A DNA stretch of 64,000 nt from Phoronis australis (lineage: Eukaryota; Animalia; Phoronida). The DNA is taken from the NCBI GenBank assembly GCA_002633005.1, contig NMRA01000899.1:1-64000 (forward strand), given 5' to 3'. Position 1 is the first letter of the stretch. The number at the start of each line of letters is the position of its first letter. Below the pieces are notes generated by a model. It had not been told where the DNA came from and searched no databases. It saw only the letters and a list, made by a program, of their open reading frames with translations. Positions 62,403 to 64,000 of this stretch are shown in pieces. A program made the position numbers and the translations under genes.

Positions 62403-64000
62403 CTGAAGAATTGGGGAAGCTCGAATATTTGGGGATGTGAACCTTTTACTAAAAAAATAAAAGGGGGGGGGGGTGTGCGTTCAGAGCTATGAATTTTGCA
62501 TACGTCGGAGTTTGGTAATTCCTACCTTTTTAGTGGACTTTGCGTCGTTTTCTACTTTTCCGGACTTTTTGTTTGTCTGAGGATCCCTTTTTGCCCACTT
62601 CGCCTTATGGGAGGAGCTCCTTCGACCCCTCGGCCTGGGTGCGGGCATGCAAAATCCTCGATACAAAAATCATGTTAACACCTGTATATTGTCCGGCAGA
62701 CCGCGACCCATGTCTTCCACATTTGTTGGCTTCGCCGCATGAATGTTTTGACAAGTGAACATTTTCATGGAATTTGGAATGTTTTATCATGGTTATTACG
62801 AAACATGAGTCTCAAATTAAAGAAATATTTAAACGTCACGCGTGACCCTACTCCCACGTAGTTCCATTCTGTCATCTGTCTCCTAAGAGACACTCCGCGG
62901 ATTTCCGCATAAGGTCGTGCTGGACTTGACGCTGACGTAATTGCAGTAGGCCGGTCAAAAAAAATTGACGTCACCTGATCGCTGACGGAGAGAGATTGTC
63001 GAAAAAACAGAATTGTTTGTAAATATTTCATGTTATTCTTCACTTCACTGAGCATCTTTATTGCAACTGTCAAAAGTAAGATTTTGATAAGCAGCATTAT
63101 GTCAAAAGACCTGGTCAGCAGAAGCACAAACGAATATTTAATAAATAGTCAAATAATACACGACGTCATTCTCAGACATGCTTCTAGACACACTGCTCAT
63201 TCTCAAAGGCACAAAAACCAGCATGATGTAAAGTTCAAGGTAACAAGTAAAAGTACGTCATGCTCGAGTGTGGGACATGATAGTTCAATAACACATAGGT
63301 AAACAAGCCTCTACTCTAGACAGTCACGTCAAACAATGTGAGACCCTGGTGGTACACTTGCACATTCTGTGATGGTTTTGTCCAACGAATATACATTTAC
63401 AAAGCCTCCTTAAGTTTAAGTCTATAGTCTATAGGCTGTCCTCGCAGTGTTCAATTTTAGTATCTTCGGTTGCGCGAGAACAGACTATAGATTAAACTAC
63501 AGAACAACTCGCATATTCCTTAGATAAAACCATCCCTGAATGTGCACGTGTATCACATTGGTCTCTCGTTGTTTTGAGGTTATTGTCTAGAATAGACGCT
63601 TGTTTACCCATGTTGTTAACCTTTCATGTCTCGCATCTGCATGGCCTTTTACTCGTTACTTTGACCTTTACGTCATGGTAGTTCTTGTACCGTCGAGAAT
63701 GCTGAATGCACCTCTAAACATTTTGGGAATATGAAGTTGTGTAACATTTGGCTATTTACAAAATTATGCCATATTGTGTTTTGCTGAATTTTACCAATAT
63801 CCGCGTGTTTAATAAAATTTAACTCCCATCTAAACAGGGCATACCTCGATCAGATCTTTTCTGGATAAGTAATAGATGACGCACGTACTGGCGGCAATGA
63901 ACGATGCCAAATATGGTTCGTCTCGTAGCATGCCCATTTCTGGAACACGTTATTAGTGGATTATGCAAGGTGATGTAAGTTACCAATTCTGATGTTTCGA

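Noticed and set aside
61793-62440. 215-aa plus-strand ORF
   Set aside because: Antisense shadow of the minus-strand terminal exon.
62765-63127. Candidate upstream exon with hydrophobic start (MLLIKILLLTVAIK) for the orphan gene
   Set aside because: The obvious donor is phase 0 while the terminal exon needs phase 1, so they cannot be linked without transcripts.

Overview
Eukaryotic, intron-rich, repeat-rich genomic DNA (about 39% GC by eye) with two N-gaps at 13483-13882 and 41750-42072. It is most likely a marine invertebrate draft assembly; the taxon is an inference. The ORF track is mostly noise, but splicing by hand gives five phase-consistent gene models. (1) Minus strand, 4 exons, 11348->1264: a complete 350-aa secreted protein with three tandem ~100-aa cysteine-rich domains, one per exon. 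(2) Plus strand, 7 exons, 21665-32583: the D2 domain and YANF tail of a PTPRA/PTPRE-like receptor tyrosine phosphatase, with no D1 exons visible. (3) Minus strand, 2 coding exons, 38434->36531: C1GALT1-like core-1 galactosyltransferase. (4) Plus strand, 5 exons, 48379-55875: LAPTM4-like protein whose PY-motif terminal exon could not be found. (5) Minus strand terminal exon, 62402->61576: an unknown protein with RVxF-like and LIR-like motifs. The rest is a transposon patchwork: an Academ-like element, Kolobok-like THAP elements, Harbinger-like MITEs, tiny MITEs with 5-bp TSDs, DINE-1/Helentron-like elements carrying CTCF-like motif arrays, L1/Tx1 and CR1 LINE remnants, a gag zinc knuckle, an LTR-like segment with heat-shock elements, a SINE head and a Penelope-type hammerhead core. 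No tRNA, rRNA or CRISPR features are supported.
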